DNA from: Octopus bimaculoides
Lineage: Eukaryota
Length of the DNA: 51,082 nucleotides
NCBI RefSeq assembly: GCF_001194135.2
Contig: NC_068988.1
Location: 45,201,612 to 45,252,693 of the forward strand
Direction: 5' to 3'
Shown here piece after piece: positions 22,721-35,775 of this stretch. The notes beneath the pieces were generated by a model that searched no databases, was not told where the DNA came from, and was given only the letters and a program-made list of their open reading frames with translations. The number at the start of each line of letters is the position of its first letter. Position 1 is the first letter of the stretch. A program made the translations under genes and the position numbers.

Positions 22721-23112
22721 TAAAAGCCAAACATGCAGACAGAATATAATCAAAACCACAGGACTTACAAATAGGCATAACATACAGAAAACAACACTAC
22801 GAGGCAGAGGAAAAAATAATATTACATAGAAAAAAGTCAAAATAATAATATAAAATCTAAAACTATAAAGAATAATAATCAAAACAGTGCATATACTCAA
22901 GGCACACTGAGCTGCACTTGCTAACATAGTGAAACATGCAATAAAAAGAAGAATGTTTTGTAAAGATGTAATAAATAAAGAAACAATAACTGCTACAAAT
23001 TGTTGCAAAATTGTTTTGGAAATCACAGGAAGACGTAAAGAAAATTAACCAAAATTAACATGAGCAGTAAAGCTACCATAAATAGCAATGCGAGACATCA
23101 CGTAATACTTAC

Positions 23113-23143
23113 ATTGTTCTGAAAATAATTACAACAGGCTTGC
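23113..23143 (-). CDS. Candidate 31-nt exon (frame ambiguous: KPVVIIFRT or QACCNYFQNN)
   Basis: Acceptor ttttactttaattag, donor gtaagt. Confidence 0.3.
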
Positions 23144-23334
23144 CTAATTAAAGTAAAATGTTTCTTTGGTATACATTGGCTTGTATTGACAACAATTACA
23201 TAGTCAATAATTAAAAATAATAAAACTTTTATGTTAGCATATATCACTCTTGGGTTTTACATACATACACATACATTTATATACAACTATTTATGTGTGT
23301 ATATATGTGTGTGTGTGTGTGCATATAATATGTA

Positions 23335-23395
<61 letters not shown>

Positions 23396-24369
23396 CAACA
23401 TACATATATATGTATGTATGTGTGCATATATGTAATGTAGTATATATATATATATAAATACATATATTATACACTACATACATAAATATAAATATATATT
23501 CTGTATTTGATTATATGTGTGCATCAATGTACACACACACACACACACACGTTTATGTAAGTGTGTGAGAAAATGTGAGTGTGCATGTGTGTATATGTAT
23601 ATGGATGTGTATAGATAGTTATAAAGATACTGATACGCTTTGCATTATTTTCCCTTCAATTTCCATTTTTTACAACAATGTAATTTTAAAATTAGCAAAT
23701 TTAATCAAAATTATTTATATTTTAATTACAAAACTATGATTAAAATGTCATTTAAATTTGCATGTTATTTATTACCACCTTTATTATTTCTGTGGTGGTT
23801 GTCACAGCTTATAAGATATAAGAGTTGGCAGCAAAATATGATTTATTCACAGCAAGTTGACAGATTTGCTGCTCAGCATCAAGAAGAGAAAGTCTTTGTT
23901 CATCAGCTTCATGAACAAAAGTGCTCGAATTCTTGTTCAAACCTGATCTTCAGATAGATGGAAGTGGAATTAACTTATGAGAAGTATGGCCAATATGGCA
24001 TATAAATAGACAAAGAAAAAAACTATCCTTGAAAAGTTGGGCACAGGTGGTGTCTCATTTTTATTGTGTACTTTCACTCTACTGCTTTCAAGGCATACGA
24101 AATGCTGCTTGGTGTGCCTTGGATATGTGGAGTGTATGTTTTGGTTTTGTTATTTTTACTGTATTGAAAGTAGAGTACCCTACATAATATGTGTACAGTG
24201 CCTAGCATCATTATTTTCGGAACGTTATGCATATTTATAAGTCATAGGATTTTAGTTATGCATTTGTCAGCAAACTGCTTATTCATATTAGGATTGTTTC
24301 TGTGTCCAGGCCTCACATTCAGGTTATCTCTATTATATATATATTCAGATAATTTCACCTGTTAGGACT

Positions 24370-24580
24370 GACAAGTTTATTGGAGCCATTTCTTTTCCTA
24401 GTTGTTCTTAACAATACTACCTGGTTGGTTAGCCTTGTTCTCCCTGTCTCTGTGTATTTGGAATATCCAAGAATATGCTTGCTTTTCTATTCCCAGAAGT
24501 CTTTTACTGTTGTATCACTGTCCCAACACTTTGCTGATACTATTTCACAATGTTGGTATAATTTCTACAGTCCCAAATCT
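24370..24580 (-). mobile_element. Highly decayed R4/Dong REL endonuclease fragment
   Basis: ..WIFQIHRDRENKANQPGSIVKNN*EKK.. corresponds to WDFQIHTDRxIKANxPDIVVKDxKEK. Confidence 0.55.
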
Positions 24581-25141
24581 GTCATGTCTGTAGATGTATC
24601 ATATTCTTGACTAGAATTGGGCAGCTAGAAACAATGTGTCTATGTGTTTCTTCCCATCTTTACATATTCTGTGCCATTATATGTTTTTAGTGGTCTTTTA
24701 TAGAATGGTTTTGGTCATTGTTGTATTTGTGATGCAAAAACCATTTGAGAGCATTTTGTGTTGTAAGTGTTGGAAAGCAGAAGGAGAAATAAAGGTGAGA
24801 GATAGTAACAGTAACAAGAACAGTAAGCCTCAGATTTTTAAGCACTGCCGGTTACTGTTCTAGAAATGATGGAAACAGCTGAAGAGGTTACCTAATATAT
24901 AGTCCCAGTAACAAGCGACCAGGTACCTTATCACCTAACTGTAGCAACACACATCTCAATTCCATCGTCTTGTGATTAGCAGGAAGAGACTGAAGAGAAT
25001 CAAAATGAAGAAAACTATTTCCCAGTATATTAAAGGTGAAAGGAAAAGGATAAAGACCTCAAAAAGTGGGTTGAACTTCAACAGAAAGCAATAAAAAAGT
25101 GTGAGAAAACCTCCCTTGTAGAGAAAACGTCAAGGATTTCA

Positions 25142-25480
25142 CAGGAGCATAACTTGGTGTTGAGAGCATTGGGCTCAATCACGATCTAGTGAGTTTGATT
25201 CCAGGATTGGGCTGTGTGTTGTGTTCTTGAGCAAGACGCTTTATTTCATGTTGCTCTAGTTCACTCAACTGTAGAAATAAGTTGCAGCGTCACTGATGCC
25301 AAGCTTGATTGCCCTTTGCCTTTCCCTTGGACAACATCGGTGGTGTGGAGAGGGGAAGCTGGCATGCATGGGCGACTGCTGGTCTTCCATAAACAACCTT
25401 GCCCAGACTTGTGACTCAGAGGGTAACTTTCTAGGAGTAGTCCTATGGTCATTTATGACCAAAGGGGGTATTTACCTTTT
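25142..25480 (+). mobile_element. tRNA-derived CORE-like SINE, same family as 4225-4550
   Basis: Colinear similarity across the head, body and 3' region. Confidence 0.85.
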
Positions 25481-27083
25481 TACAGTTGTAGAGCACAAAA
25501 GTGATATAACTATGTTGCAAAGTTATGTTTGGGAAATACTCACAGAAGAGACTTTAGAAAGTAAGATAAACACACGTAAGAGAAGATGCCGATAAAATGC
25601 TCCCTTGGATATTATGAATACATAAAACAAAGTGAACCCAAGCATAAAGGGATTTCCTAATTCATCTGACTGAAAAAATATATTAATGATAAAAATGTCA
25701 ACAAGTTTCTAGGGGTGTATCAGAACTCAGTACAAATTGATGGATAGTAGACCTGGATAGCAGGGTGGATATCGGCACCTAGCCACTGATTCTAAATGTT
25801 TTCTAAATTACATCTAAATTGTTTTACTTATTGCTTGTGTTACATTATTTTATTTACATTTCATGCAATATTAAAAATTCTAATCCATTCATTGAATTTA
25901 TGTCTTCAATTTTCTCTTCATTCTTGTAAAACTTCCTCCTGCATGACATGTTTGGTAATTCCTATGTGTTTAACGTTCAGTGCATTGTGTGTATGAGAAC
26001 TTTGCGGATACTAAGCAATTATCATCATCGTCCTCCTCCTTCTCATCATCATCATCATCATCGTCATCAACGTCACAATGTTTTGGCATGAATGGGTATG
26101 TTGTCAATCTGCTTCTAAAGGATTGGGTTTTAGCCAAGTTTATGCATGAAAAATTTTCTGTCTTTGGATTATTTTCAAACAGAGGATCCTTCAAAATGTA
26201 TTAAACTTCATCCCTGTAACAAGAATAAACAAAAAGGGTATGCTTTAAATATATTTGTATTCTAAAAGTTTACATTAATTTCAATATTGCTTCTCATTTT
26301 AGAAGAACCATAAATGCCCTGCTAAATGCTAGTCAACATAACAACAGAATACAAAGAGAGAGGGGGGGAGTGGGAGGAGGAGAGAGGGAGGGGGAGAGAG
26401 NNNNNNNNNNAGTCAACATAACAACAGAATACAAAGAGAGAGGGTGGGAGGAGGAGAGAGGGAGGGGGAGAGAGGAGGGGAGAGGGATGGGGAGAGAGTA
26501 AGAGAGAGAGAGAGAGAATAAATTCAAGATAAATGTATAACACTTTATTAAATGAAAAAATAACTTTTTAACAAATAAGATAGCAGTGCTTTGTCACTAA
26601 ATTGAAGGTCTCCTTGCCTGGTGGTGTGTGTGTGTGTGTTTGAAGTGGAGGATATAAAAAAATAGGCAGAAAGGAAGCTGATTTTATTTCTGTTTTGAGA
26701 TTGCTGAATGAAGTTCTAATTGGTGTATGGAATCATATTTCTGATATTGATCAGGGAAATATATATATGGGTGCATGTCAAGTCCTTGAAAGTGAGAACA
26801 AAGTTAGAAAGCAGCCATGGCTGGTGAACTGTGGTTATACTGGGGCACTACCTTGAAGGGTTTGGTCAATGTAATCAACCCTAGTACTTATAAGTCCTGT
26901 ATTTATTGTATTGATTTCTTTTTTATTGAACCATCACATCTCTTCAGTTTCACTCGACTCATTTCCACTCACAAGGCATTGGTCAAACTGAGGCTACTGT
27001 GGAACGGAAGACCCATGCCCAGTGGAATCAAAACAAAAGTCATAACTTCACAATTATATCTGCATCTGAGATTTAATAAAAAT

Positions 27084-27647
27084 GTGAGAAGACCCGGCAA
27101 GCCAAGTGAGACCTAAATCCAAGGCCTCCGCCAGGGGTGTAGCCAGCCCACTTATGCATACCTTTCCTTCATTGGACACTAAACTCCGCTTGCGAAGACC
27201 TGTTGAGGCAAGTGAAATCGAAATCGAACTAAATTCGACAACTGGCACCCAAGCCAACGTCGTCTCCTTCATTGGACACGAAACTCAGCTTGCGAAAACT
27301 TATTGGGGCAAGTGAAAGCAAAATCGTGACAGCACCTGTGCCCAGCGTCGCCTTCCTGGCACGTGTAAAGACATTTGAGCGAGATCATTGCCAGTGCAGG
27401 TGGCACATAAAATACACCATTTCGAGCATGGCTGTTACCAGTATCGCCTGACTGGCCTTCATGCCGGTGGCACATAAAAACACCCACTACACTCTCAGAG
27501 TGGTTGGCGTTAGGAAGGGCATCCAGCTGTAGAAACTCTGCCAGATCCGATTGGAGCCTGGTGTAGCCATCTGGTTCACCAGTCCTCAGTCAAATCGTCC
27601 AACCCATGCTAGCATGGAAAGTAGACATTAAACGATGATGATGATGA
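27084..27647 (+). mobile_element. Modular RTE-tailed SINE-like element with internal tandem subrepeats
   Basis: Three M1 modules (gagaagacc..caagtgaaa, spaced 100-106 bp), two or three M2 modules (tggcacataaaa..cacc), the ggaagggcatccagc module, the cccatgctagcatggaaa tail and (GAT)n. Confidence 0.8.
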
Positions 27648-27778
27648 TTATGATAAAGTCTAAATAGTTATGACTGGAACCTTATTATTGTCAAACACTG
27701 ATGTAATGGGTCAAGAATAAACTTGAGCTAAATAACTACCGTAAATGTTAATGCAGCATTGACTGCAAATGAACTCAC

Positions 27779-27797
27779 CCTGAAAACTTGATTCTTC
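27779..27797 (-). CDS. Candidate 19-nt micro-exon (all three frames open)
   Basis: Acceptor aataattttttacag, donor AGG|gtgagt. Confidence 0.3.
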
Positions 27798-28805
27798 CTG
27801 TAAAAAATTATTTGTGAAAATAATTCGGACATGTTGTCTACTATTCAAAGTTACAATCAAAGATATTAGAAGTTGAAAAATAAGCAGGTAATATCAAAAA
27901 CTATTTTAACATAAAGTAAGCTATATTTATTGTGAAATTTCTTTCATTATCGATGAAGCAACAGATTCATAATACATCAAGCTTAATGGAAGAAGGAAAA
28001 ACAAAAATACATAAAAATATATATGAAAATCCCACGTCTTTAACTTTGGTGAAATTCAAATAAGTAAGCATAAAACATAAATAAATGTATTAGAATAAAA
28101 ACAATGTGAATAATAAGTGATTATTAATAGCATAGGAAATGTGAGAAAATGTACAAAATAATTATAAAAAAAATTAATTTAGAAAACAGAAAATGAAATA
28201 GGAAAAAATAGCTGAGAATATTACGTATGAAAGTTTTTAGAAGAGTAACTGAAATACAGAAGTGATAAATGATATATACCATCAAGTAATTATATAAAAT
28301 CAAACATCTGTATATATTCATGTAAACATATACTGAAATAATAGGTATAAACGTAAAGTCATATGCACATGTGTATCACTGTCATAGGTATACACATGCA
28401 TTCATATAAACAAGTATAAAATAAAATACACATAAATATATATATGTATTTCCATACACGTAGAAAAAATATATCTCAAATTATATGTGAAAACAAATAT
28501 AATGACCCAAGACAAAAATATACACACTTAGAGAAATAAATGTGATTTTTATATGAATGTGTACATGAGCAAATGAGTGCATATGTCTGTGTACATATAT
28601 ATATGAAAATATAAATAAAATATGTATATCTGACTGGCAGTAGTCTACCTGGATTTTGTTATTTACTTCCTATCTCTCTGTTTATATATGTGTGTGTGTG
28701 TGTGTAGTGAAAGAGAGAGAAACAGAAAATGAGTGATAGGGAAAGATAGATCGATAATTATAGCTACTTGTCTATATTTGAAGATATAATCCTTACCAAT
28801 CTACA

Positions 28806-28851
<46 letters not shown>

Positions 28852-29729
28852 ATATATACATATACATACATATATATATGTATACACACACACAACACAT
28901 ATATGCATATGTACATATGTGTATGTGTGTATATACACACACACAGATATNNNNNNNNNNNNNNNNNNNNNNNNNNNNNNNNNNNNNNNNNNNNNNNNNN
29001 NNNNNNNNNNNNNNNNNNNNNNNNNNNNNNNNNNNNNNNNNNNNNNNNNNNNNNNNNNNNNNNNNNNNNNNNNNNNNNNNNNNNNNNNNNNNNNNNNNNN
29101 NNNNNNNNNNNNNNNNNNNNNNNNNNNNNNNNNNNNNNNNNNNNNNNNNNATATATACACACGCACACGTCTATGTATATAGATATATACATTTTAATGT
29201 ATATGTATCTGTTCATGCGTGTGTAATAAAGATAAGAAAGAATGAAATTTTATTAAGAAATAGCTAAGTATGCCATATCCCAAAAATGATAATTTGCAAG
29301 AAAGTAATTAAAGACTTGAGATAGCAAACATGATGAAGAAACAACAAAAACAAAAAAGAAGTCAGAAAGGCTGACATCAAGAACGGCAACAACAATGGCA
29401 TCACTTTCTTCACCATCACCACTATAGAAACAACATCAACATCAGCACTACCACCAGTGCTAGCATTGCTGCTACCAATAGCAATTAAGGGATTTCTACA
29501 TAGTCCCTTGATCTGCTAGATATAGCAGCCAAATTTTTCTATAATCACATCTGTAATACTTTGTTCTTAAACTTGCCTGACAAAAACTGAACTGGTTGTA
29601 AACAACAACACTTGTGAGAGTCTGCTAAGGAAGACTTTAAGTGGCTTTGTGATCTGATAGAAATATCAGTCATATTTTCTTCTTGGTATATCCTTACCTT
29701 TTATGCAGTGAATGATATATTGCATGTAT

Positions 29730-29962
29730 ATGATGACGAGGGTTCCAGCTGATCCGATCAACAGAACAGCATGCTTATGAAATTAATGTGCAAGTTGATG
29801 AGCACTCCACAGGCACGTGTACTCTTAACATAGTTCTCGGGGAGATGCAACGTGACACTGTGTGACAAGGTTAGCCCTTCAAAATATAGGTACAACAGAA
29901 ACAAGATGAAAGAGTGAGAGCAAGTTGTGGTGAAAGAGTACAGCAGGGTTTGCTGTACTCCA
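29730..29962 (-). mobile_element. SINE 3' half related to 18171-18437, with a different tail
   Basis: Shares the text gcaaaccctgctg..caccacaact(t)..ctcactcttt. Confidence 0.6.
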
Positions 29963-30079
29963 AATGAATTATTGACTGATCTTTTTAGTTCAACTGTATA
30001 AGGACCTAATCTTTGGATATATCACCTTAAAAACAACCAAGACATACCAGAACTTTAAAAGGCAACCATAATGACTGAA

Positions 30080-30445
30080 AATCTTTCCTGGCAAATTTAC
30101 ATCTTCAGAATAATAACTATTCCATTACAAATATCGCTTTCTGTTTAGGGATTAGAAAATACACAACTTGTACAAATGGTGCTACTACTGTACAAATACT
30201 GACTTCTTAGATCATATCACATTCAAAGAAAGGCTACTCAACAGATTTACAAGAAATCGCTCATCATCCTACTAACTCTTCAGAAAGTTCAAGTCGAATT
30301 CCCCTGCTACACCCACATTCAAAGGAGTACTTCTCCCACATTTGGAATTGTGGTGGTACAAATCTGTACAAATCTTAGATCATATCACATCCAAAGAAAG
30401 GCTACTCAACAGATTGGCAAGAAATCACCCATGATCCTACTTTAA
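30080..30445 (+). mobile_element. Possible L1/Tx1 C-terminal zinc-knuckle remnant with a local direct duplication
   Basis: WCYYCTNTDFLDHITF is CCHC-like. ttagatcatatcaca..aaagaaaggctactcaacagatt occurs at about 30206 and 30375. Confidence 0.3.
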
Positions 30446-30479
30446 TCTCTGGGTCATAGATTTGTGCTATCCTATGCCC

Positions 30480-31035
30480 TGGCACTTGCCACCATCTATA
30501 TCCCTCTCTCCTTTTATTCAACCATCTCATTTCTATTCTGATCCTCGTTCCTTGTGAGTATGCCTGGCACTTTGTCACCATCTTCATCCTGCTGTCTCCC
30601 ACACTTTCTCCTTCTCCTGCTCTTCTCTCTGGTTGGGCAACCGTGTATTTTCTTTGTGGTAGCACACCTGTTTCTGTCTTCATTCCTGGTCTTTCTCTTT
30701 TCGGTCGGGTACGTCCTCTACAGCAAGACACCTGTATCTGTCTCACTACAACCTTTCCATCATCACCGCCTCCAATGCCCCTTCCTCTCTTAAAAGTTTT
30801 TGTCTTACAAGTAATTGGTGATCCTGTCAATGCAGGTGCTACTTAAAAGCACCCAGTCCACACTGTAAAGTGGTTGGTGTTTGGAAGGGCATCCAGCTGT
30901 AAAAATCCTGCCAAAACAGTCACAGAAGTCTGGTGCAGGCTTTGGCCTGGCTGGCTCCTGTGGTACCGTACTACCCATGCTAGCATAGAAGACGAATGTT
31001 AAACGATGATGATGATGAAGATGATGATGATGATG
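30480..31035 (+). mobile_element. RTE-tailed SINE-like element with a pyrimidine-rich body
   Basis: ggaagggcatccagctgtaaaaa module, cccatgctagcatagaag..gttaaacga tail and (GAT)n. Confidence 0.65.
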
Positions 31036-31308
31036 GTGACGATAGTGACCTCTGTTCTGTTGACAGGGTGGATCTTGTGCCACTTTTATTCATCACCCTT
31101 AAATTAGTAATCTTTCATCCTTTCATTGGTTACATTGAATCCAGGTTTCCATGTCCTACTCTAAATACTATACCCTGTACTATGTCTCCAGGACATTGTC
31201 ATTATGAAATGCCGCCTTGTATTTTTTTCTGTGATTGTTGACAAGTAAATTTTCCTGTGAGATGTTAAGTGCATCAATCTCCTATGTCTCAAATGGCATG
31301 TGAGTTAC

Positions 31309-31343
31309 CTGTGAAGTTCATAAGCAAAGTTTCTTCCTTCAGG
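31309..31343 (-). CDS. Candidate 35-nt exon (PEGRNFAYELH or LKEETLLMNFT)
   Basis: Acceptor aaagttttctttag, donor CAG|gtaact. Confidence 0.35.
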
Positions 31344-32313
31344 CTAAAGAAAACTTTGCACCTTAGGTAAATTCGACAACAGTAACAATCACAATAACAA
31401 CAACAGCAGTCCCAGAAACAACTGTACCAACAACAACAGCAACAATAATAACAACAGGCACAATATAACAGCAGTAGTCACAGTAATAACAAACAAGAAC
31501 AGATGTCATATCAACAATAATACAAGTCACAGCATCAGCAGCAATAGCAACAGCATCAAGGACAGTAGGAGGAACATCAACATTAGTCATAGCACCACCA
31601 CCNNNNNNNNNNNNNNNNNNNNNNNNNNNNNNNNNNNNNNNNNNNNNNNNNNNNNNNNNNNNNNNNNNNNNNNNNNNNNNNNNNNNNNNNNNNNNNNNNN
31701 NNNNNNNNNNNNNNNNNNNNNNNNNNNNNNNNNNNNNNNNNNNNNNNNNNNNNNNNNNNNNNNNNNNNNNNNNNNNNNNNNNNNNNNNNNNNNNNNNNNN
31801 NNNNNNNNNNNNNNNNNNNNNNNNNNNNNNNNNNNNNNNNNNNNNNNNNNNNNNNNNNNNNNNNNNNNNNNNNNNNNNNNNNNNNNNNNNNNNNNNNNNN
31901 NNNNNNNNNNNNNNNNNNNNNNNNNNNNNNNNNNNNNNNNNNNNNNNNNNNNNNNNNNNNNNNNNNNNNNNNNNNNNNNNNNNNNNNNNNNNNNNNNNNN
32001 NNNNNNNNNNNNNNNNNNNNNNNNNNNNNNNNNNNNNNNNNNNNNNNNNNNNNNNNNNNNNNNNNNNNNNNNNNNNNNNNNNNNNNNNNNNNNNNNNNNN
32101 NNNNNNNNNNNNNNNNNNNNNNNNNNNNNNNNNNNNNNNNNNNNNNNNNNNNNNNNNNNNNNNNNNNNNNNNNNNNNNNNNNNNNNNNNNNNNNNNNNNN
32201 NNNNNNNNNNNNNNNNNNNNNNNNNNNNNNNNNNNNNNNNNNNNNNNNNNNNNNNNNNNNNNNNNNNNNNNNNNNNNNNNNNNNNNNNNNNNNNNNNNNN
32301 NNNNNNNNNNNNN

Positions 32314-32369
<56 letters not shown>

Positions 32370-33166
32370 CAGATAGAGATAACAAAAGATAGAAAAAACA
32401 TGGGAAACAATTGAGGGAAAGGAAGAGCAGTGTGGATTTTTTTTATGTCTGAACTAGAATTTGATTCTGTAAGGCGGATGGGTTGGACACTTCATAAGAT
32501 TTATTCCAGTGTCTTACAGGGAATTATATGGACAGAATGGATAAATGCTATCTAATGTCTAAAACATTACAATAGTCATTTTAAATAAGATTAACTTCCT
32601 TTCTAATGTTTTTGCTATTAACGTCTTTAGATATGAGAAACATTATATATTTTCAATGTTTACATGTTTCCAGTGTTTTCCTCCAATCATCATTATGTGT
32701 GTTTTTCTTTGATGTGTACTTTGTCCCAAACTGGATTCAAATCAGGAACCTACATTTTCAAACTAAGGTTAATAAATAACTTGTTCACCCGCTAATTGCT
32801 GATATATGTATATATTCAGGAAATAACACCTGATTTTGACAAGGAAAGCAAACCAATTGAAATGTAGAATAAAATATGATGAAACAAAATTTCGATATCT
32901 GAGTACAGTTTTAAAATGATACTTGTTTATCCATAGACACATCATCTCAACCACATCGGCCCATATTGTGTTACAAAGTTGACAAGAACCAAACATTAAT
33001 TTCACTGCCAATGCCCTTGGCTCTGACCTTTGCATTATGCTGAAGCATATATTATGATAAGAACCTGTAGGCAGGTGTTTGTCATCTCATCTTGGTTTTG
33101 CTCTTGAAACCAGGAACACACTTTCTCTCATCTGCCTTGCTCTATTAGCTGCAAACTACATCTTAC

Positions 33167-33201
33167 CACACATTGTCTAGGGCTTCCTTGAAACTTCCTA
33201 T
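33167..33201 (-). CDS. Candidate 35-nt exon (IGSFKEALDNV or RKFQGSPRQCV)
   Basis: Acceptor ttgctttgcaaatcaag, donor gtaaga. Confidence 0.25.
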
Positions 33202-33571
33202 CTTGATTTGCAAAGCAAATAGAAATTGTTTTCCTCTTCTCTCACTCTTCAATAACAGTCTCATGTAAAGAAGTATTTGTATTGGTCAGATATTTGTGCC
33301 ACACTATTCTTTTCTCTATTAATCAACTCATATTTGCAATTTCTTAACTGGAACGCAAGTAAACAAATTTTTGCTGTTTCCTATAAAAAATTTTTTCACC
33401 TAAAACTCCATGTGGGCATTAGTGGATGAAACTGTTAAAAGATAATTTGTCTATGCAAATTATATTTTCCGTATGTGTACTTTCTGAAGTAAAAATGTTA
33501 TTTGTTATTTTTTTCTGTTGTATTTTTTTAGCACATCCTTCATAAATCGTTGTGGTTAACAGCAATATATA

Positions 33572-33843
33572 TATATTGGGATTCAGGGGCCCACAGCTTT
33601 TTAATATTCTCCAAAAGAGCTTGAGGAATCTGCACAAAGTAGATGTAGGAGTTTTTAAATCAAAGCTGGACCTCTTCCTATCGAGAGTCCCAGATGAACC
33701 TACCTCACGGCAGGAGGTGCAAATGAGGGTTGCTAAATCAAACTCCATTCTTCACCAAGTGCCACATATTGTAAGAGGCTCCCTGTAATAACAGTGTAGC
33801 AACACGGTGGTGATTCAGCATGGCCACAGCTCTAAGCTGAAAC

Positions 33844-33890
<47 letters not shown>
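33572..33890 (+). mobile_element. CR1-group LINE 3' end with a 3' UTR stem-loop and (TA)n tail
   Basis: LGFRGPQLFNILQKSLRNLHKVDVGVFKSKLDLFLSRVPDEP..RVAKSNSILHQ. Tail cagcatggccacagctctaagctgaaac. Confidence 0.85.
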
Positions 33891-33892
<2 letters not shown>

Positions 33893-33954
33893 CAATAATA
33901 GGATAAAGTCTTTGTAAGAAATTATCAAGTAGTTAGCGTGAAAAACCTCAATCA

Positions 33955-34337
33955 TTGGGCAATATGCTTTGCTTGAGAAGACCTGTTGAGTCAAGTGAAA
34001 CCATTGTTGTGACCGATGCCAGTACCACCTGACTGTCACCTATGCCAGTGGCATGTGAAAAGCACCATTTGAGCATGGTCGATGCCAGTGCTGCCTGACT
34101 GGCTCCCATGCTGGTGGTATGTAAAATGCACCATTTGAGTGTGGTCGATACCAGTTCCACTTGACTGGCTCCCGTGCCAGTGGCACATAAAATGCACTCA
34201 CTACACTCTCGTAGTGGTTGGCATTAGGAAGGGCATCCATCTGTAGAAAACATGCCAGATCAGATTGGTGCCTGATGCAGCCTCCTGGCTTGGCAATCTT
34301 CAGTCAAACCATCCACCCCATGCTAGAGTAAACAATG

Positions 34338-34378
<41 letters not shown>
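33955..34378 (+). mobile_element. Modular RTE-tailed SINE-like element: one M1, three M2 at a 66-bp period
   Basis: M1 at 33971-34000, M2 hairpins at 34042, 34108 and 34174, RTE-type tail and (GAT)n. Confidence 0.8.
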
Positions 34379-34405
<27 letters not shown>

Positions 34406-35249
34406 CTAGCTGTGGGACCTGGCATTGCTTATGTTTTCCATGTTGAAGTTAAGCCCACCTCTGACCTTGTGTTGAAGTCTTCTATGTTCTCAGTGCTAAC
34501 TATTAACCATTAAGATGTTATATCTGGTTTGGCAGAGGTTTTACCCAGTTAACGCTTACGACATACTCCTACATACTGGACCGTCTGAAATCACAGTCAA
34601 ACTTTTGGGTGTACCTCGACCCGTTGAGAGTGATATTTGTTTATTTCTCTTCCCTTGATGCCACTCTCTGTACATAATTGATCAGCATGTCCAATCTCAG
34701 CAAAATCCAAAGAAAGTGTTAAGGTTATGTCATAAACACGAAAATATCCCATTGACTTTTAAATCCCAGTACATTATATGAATAATCGATGTTTCATATA
34801 TTGAAGTGCTTAAATTTACTCATGGGTCAATTTTCTTCAAAATCAGTTCATTATTTTATTTTGAGTGAATTTTGACGAGTTCTGCCTTTCACCAGTTTAA
34901 TTTAAATTCTACTACATGACTCCAACCATAAACTTTACCTAAATTTCAAATTTCATCAATATTGGATGAATTCTGTAAAAGTTACAGCATAAAATATTAA
35001 TCCTATGGGCAATAGCATACAAAATGACTACTGATTTCTTAAAATTTCCCGCTCGCGTGCAATTATCGATTTTTTGTCAACTCTTCATGCTGGCATCAAC
35101 TAATGGACATAAACTGTAATCACGTGTAAAATTTCTGCAAAATCGATAAGAATGTCTCTAAGGAAGTGCTTATTTGCATTTATGCCCTTTTCAAGTCCCT
35201 TTCAATTAAATAGACACCTTTACTGTCTCCCTCACTACAAAATTTACTT

Positions 35250-35406
35250 ACCCCAGTGCATAACTGGTACTTAATTCCTCGACCCCGAAAGGATGAAAGG
35301 CTAAGTCGACCTCAGCAGAATTTGAACTCAGAACATGTAGCGGCAGACGAAATACCGCTAAGCATTTCGCCTGGTATGCTAACGTTTCTGCCAGCTCACC
35401 ACCTTA
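35250..35406 (-). mobile_element. SINE family A
   Basis: Well-conserved head and core. Confidence 0.88.
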
Positions 35407-35629
35407 ACATTTCTGTCAGCCCACTGCCTTTAACAAATAAAACTAATAATAATCTATAACATGAGTCCAGAACCACAAATTTAGAGTGAATGGTTAGCAT
35501 TTTAAGTTAACCTCAGCACTTGTCCTTTCATTTATCAAAGAATGAAAGATAGAGTTAATCTTGTTGCTATTGGAATTCAGTATGTTAAGACAGCATTCTG
35601 TAACTGGTATACTGTGACATACTCATGAG

Positions 35630-35775
35630 CCATGAGATGATGCTAGGTGTGCCACAGTGTAACCTGAATATAATTTTTTCCTTATACTTTTAGTTATATT
35701 TTTAGTTCAGGTGTGCCACCGAATTTTCAAAAGAATATGAGAATACCACAAGTAAAAAAAGGTTATGGGGCACTG
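35630..35775. mobile_element. hAT/Charlie-like terminal fragment
   Basis: Two ggtgtgccac subterminal motifs, and an end aaaaaaaggttatggggcactg resembling Charlie termini. Confidence 0.4.

Noticed and set aside
23845-23935. Protein-like minus frame NKNSSTFVHEADEQRLSLLDAEQQICQLA
   Set aside because: Weak acceptor and donor, and no recognised homology.
26333-26480. Direct duplication of about 70 bp around a 10-N gap
   Set aside because: Typical unmerged contig overlap or haplotype artefact.
27440-27530. Possible HDV-like ribozyme (ccttc/gaagg pairing, P4-like hairpin)
   Set aside because: No P1 3' strand, no P1.1 GG, and L3 is not pyrimidine-rich, so the topology does not fit.
33420-33545. 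Mariner-like terminus tatgaaggatgtgctaaaa (minus); similar at about 19227
   Set aside because: No partner TIR or transposase sequence nearby.
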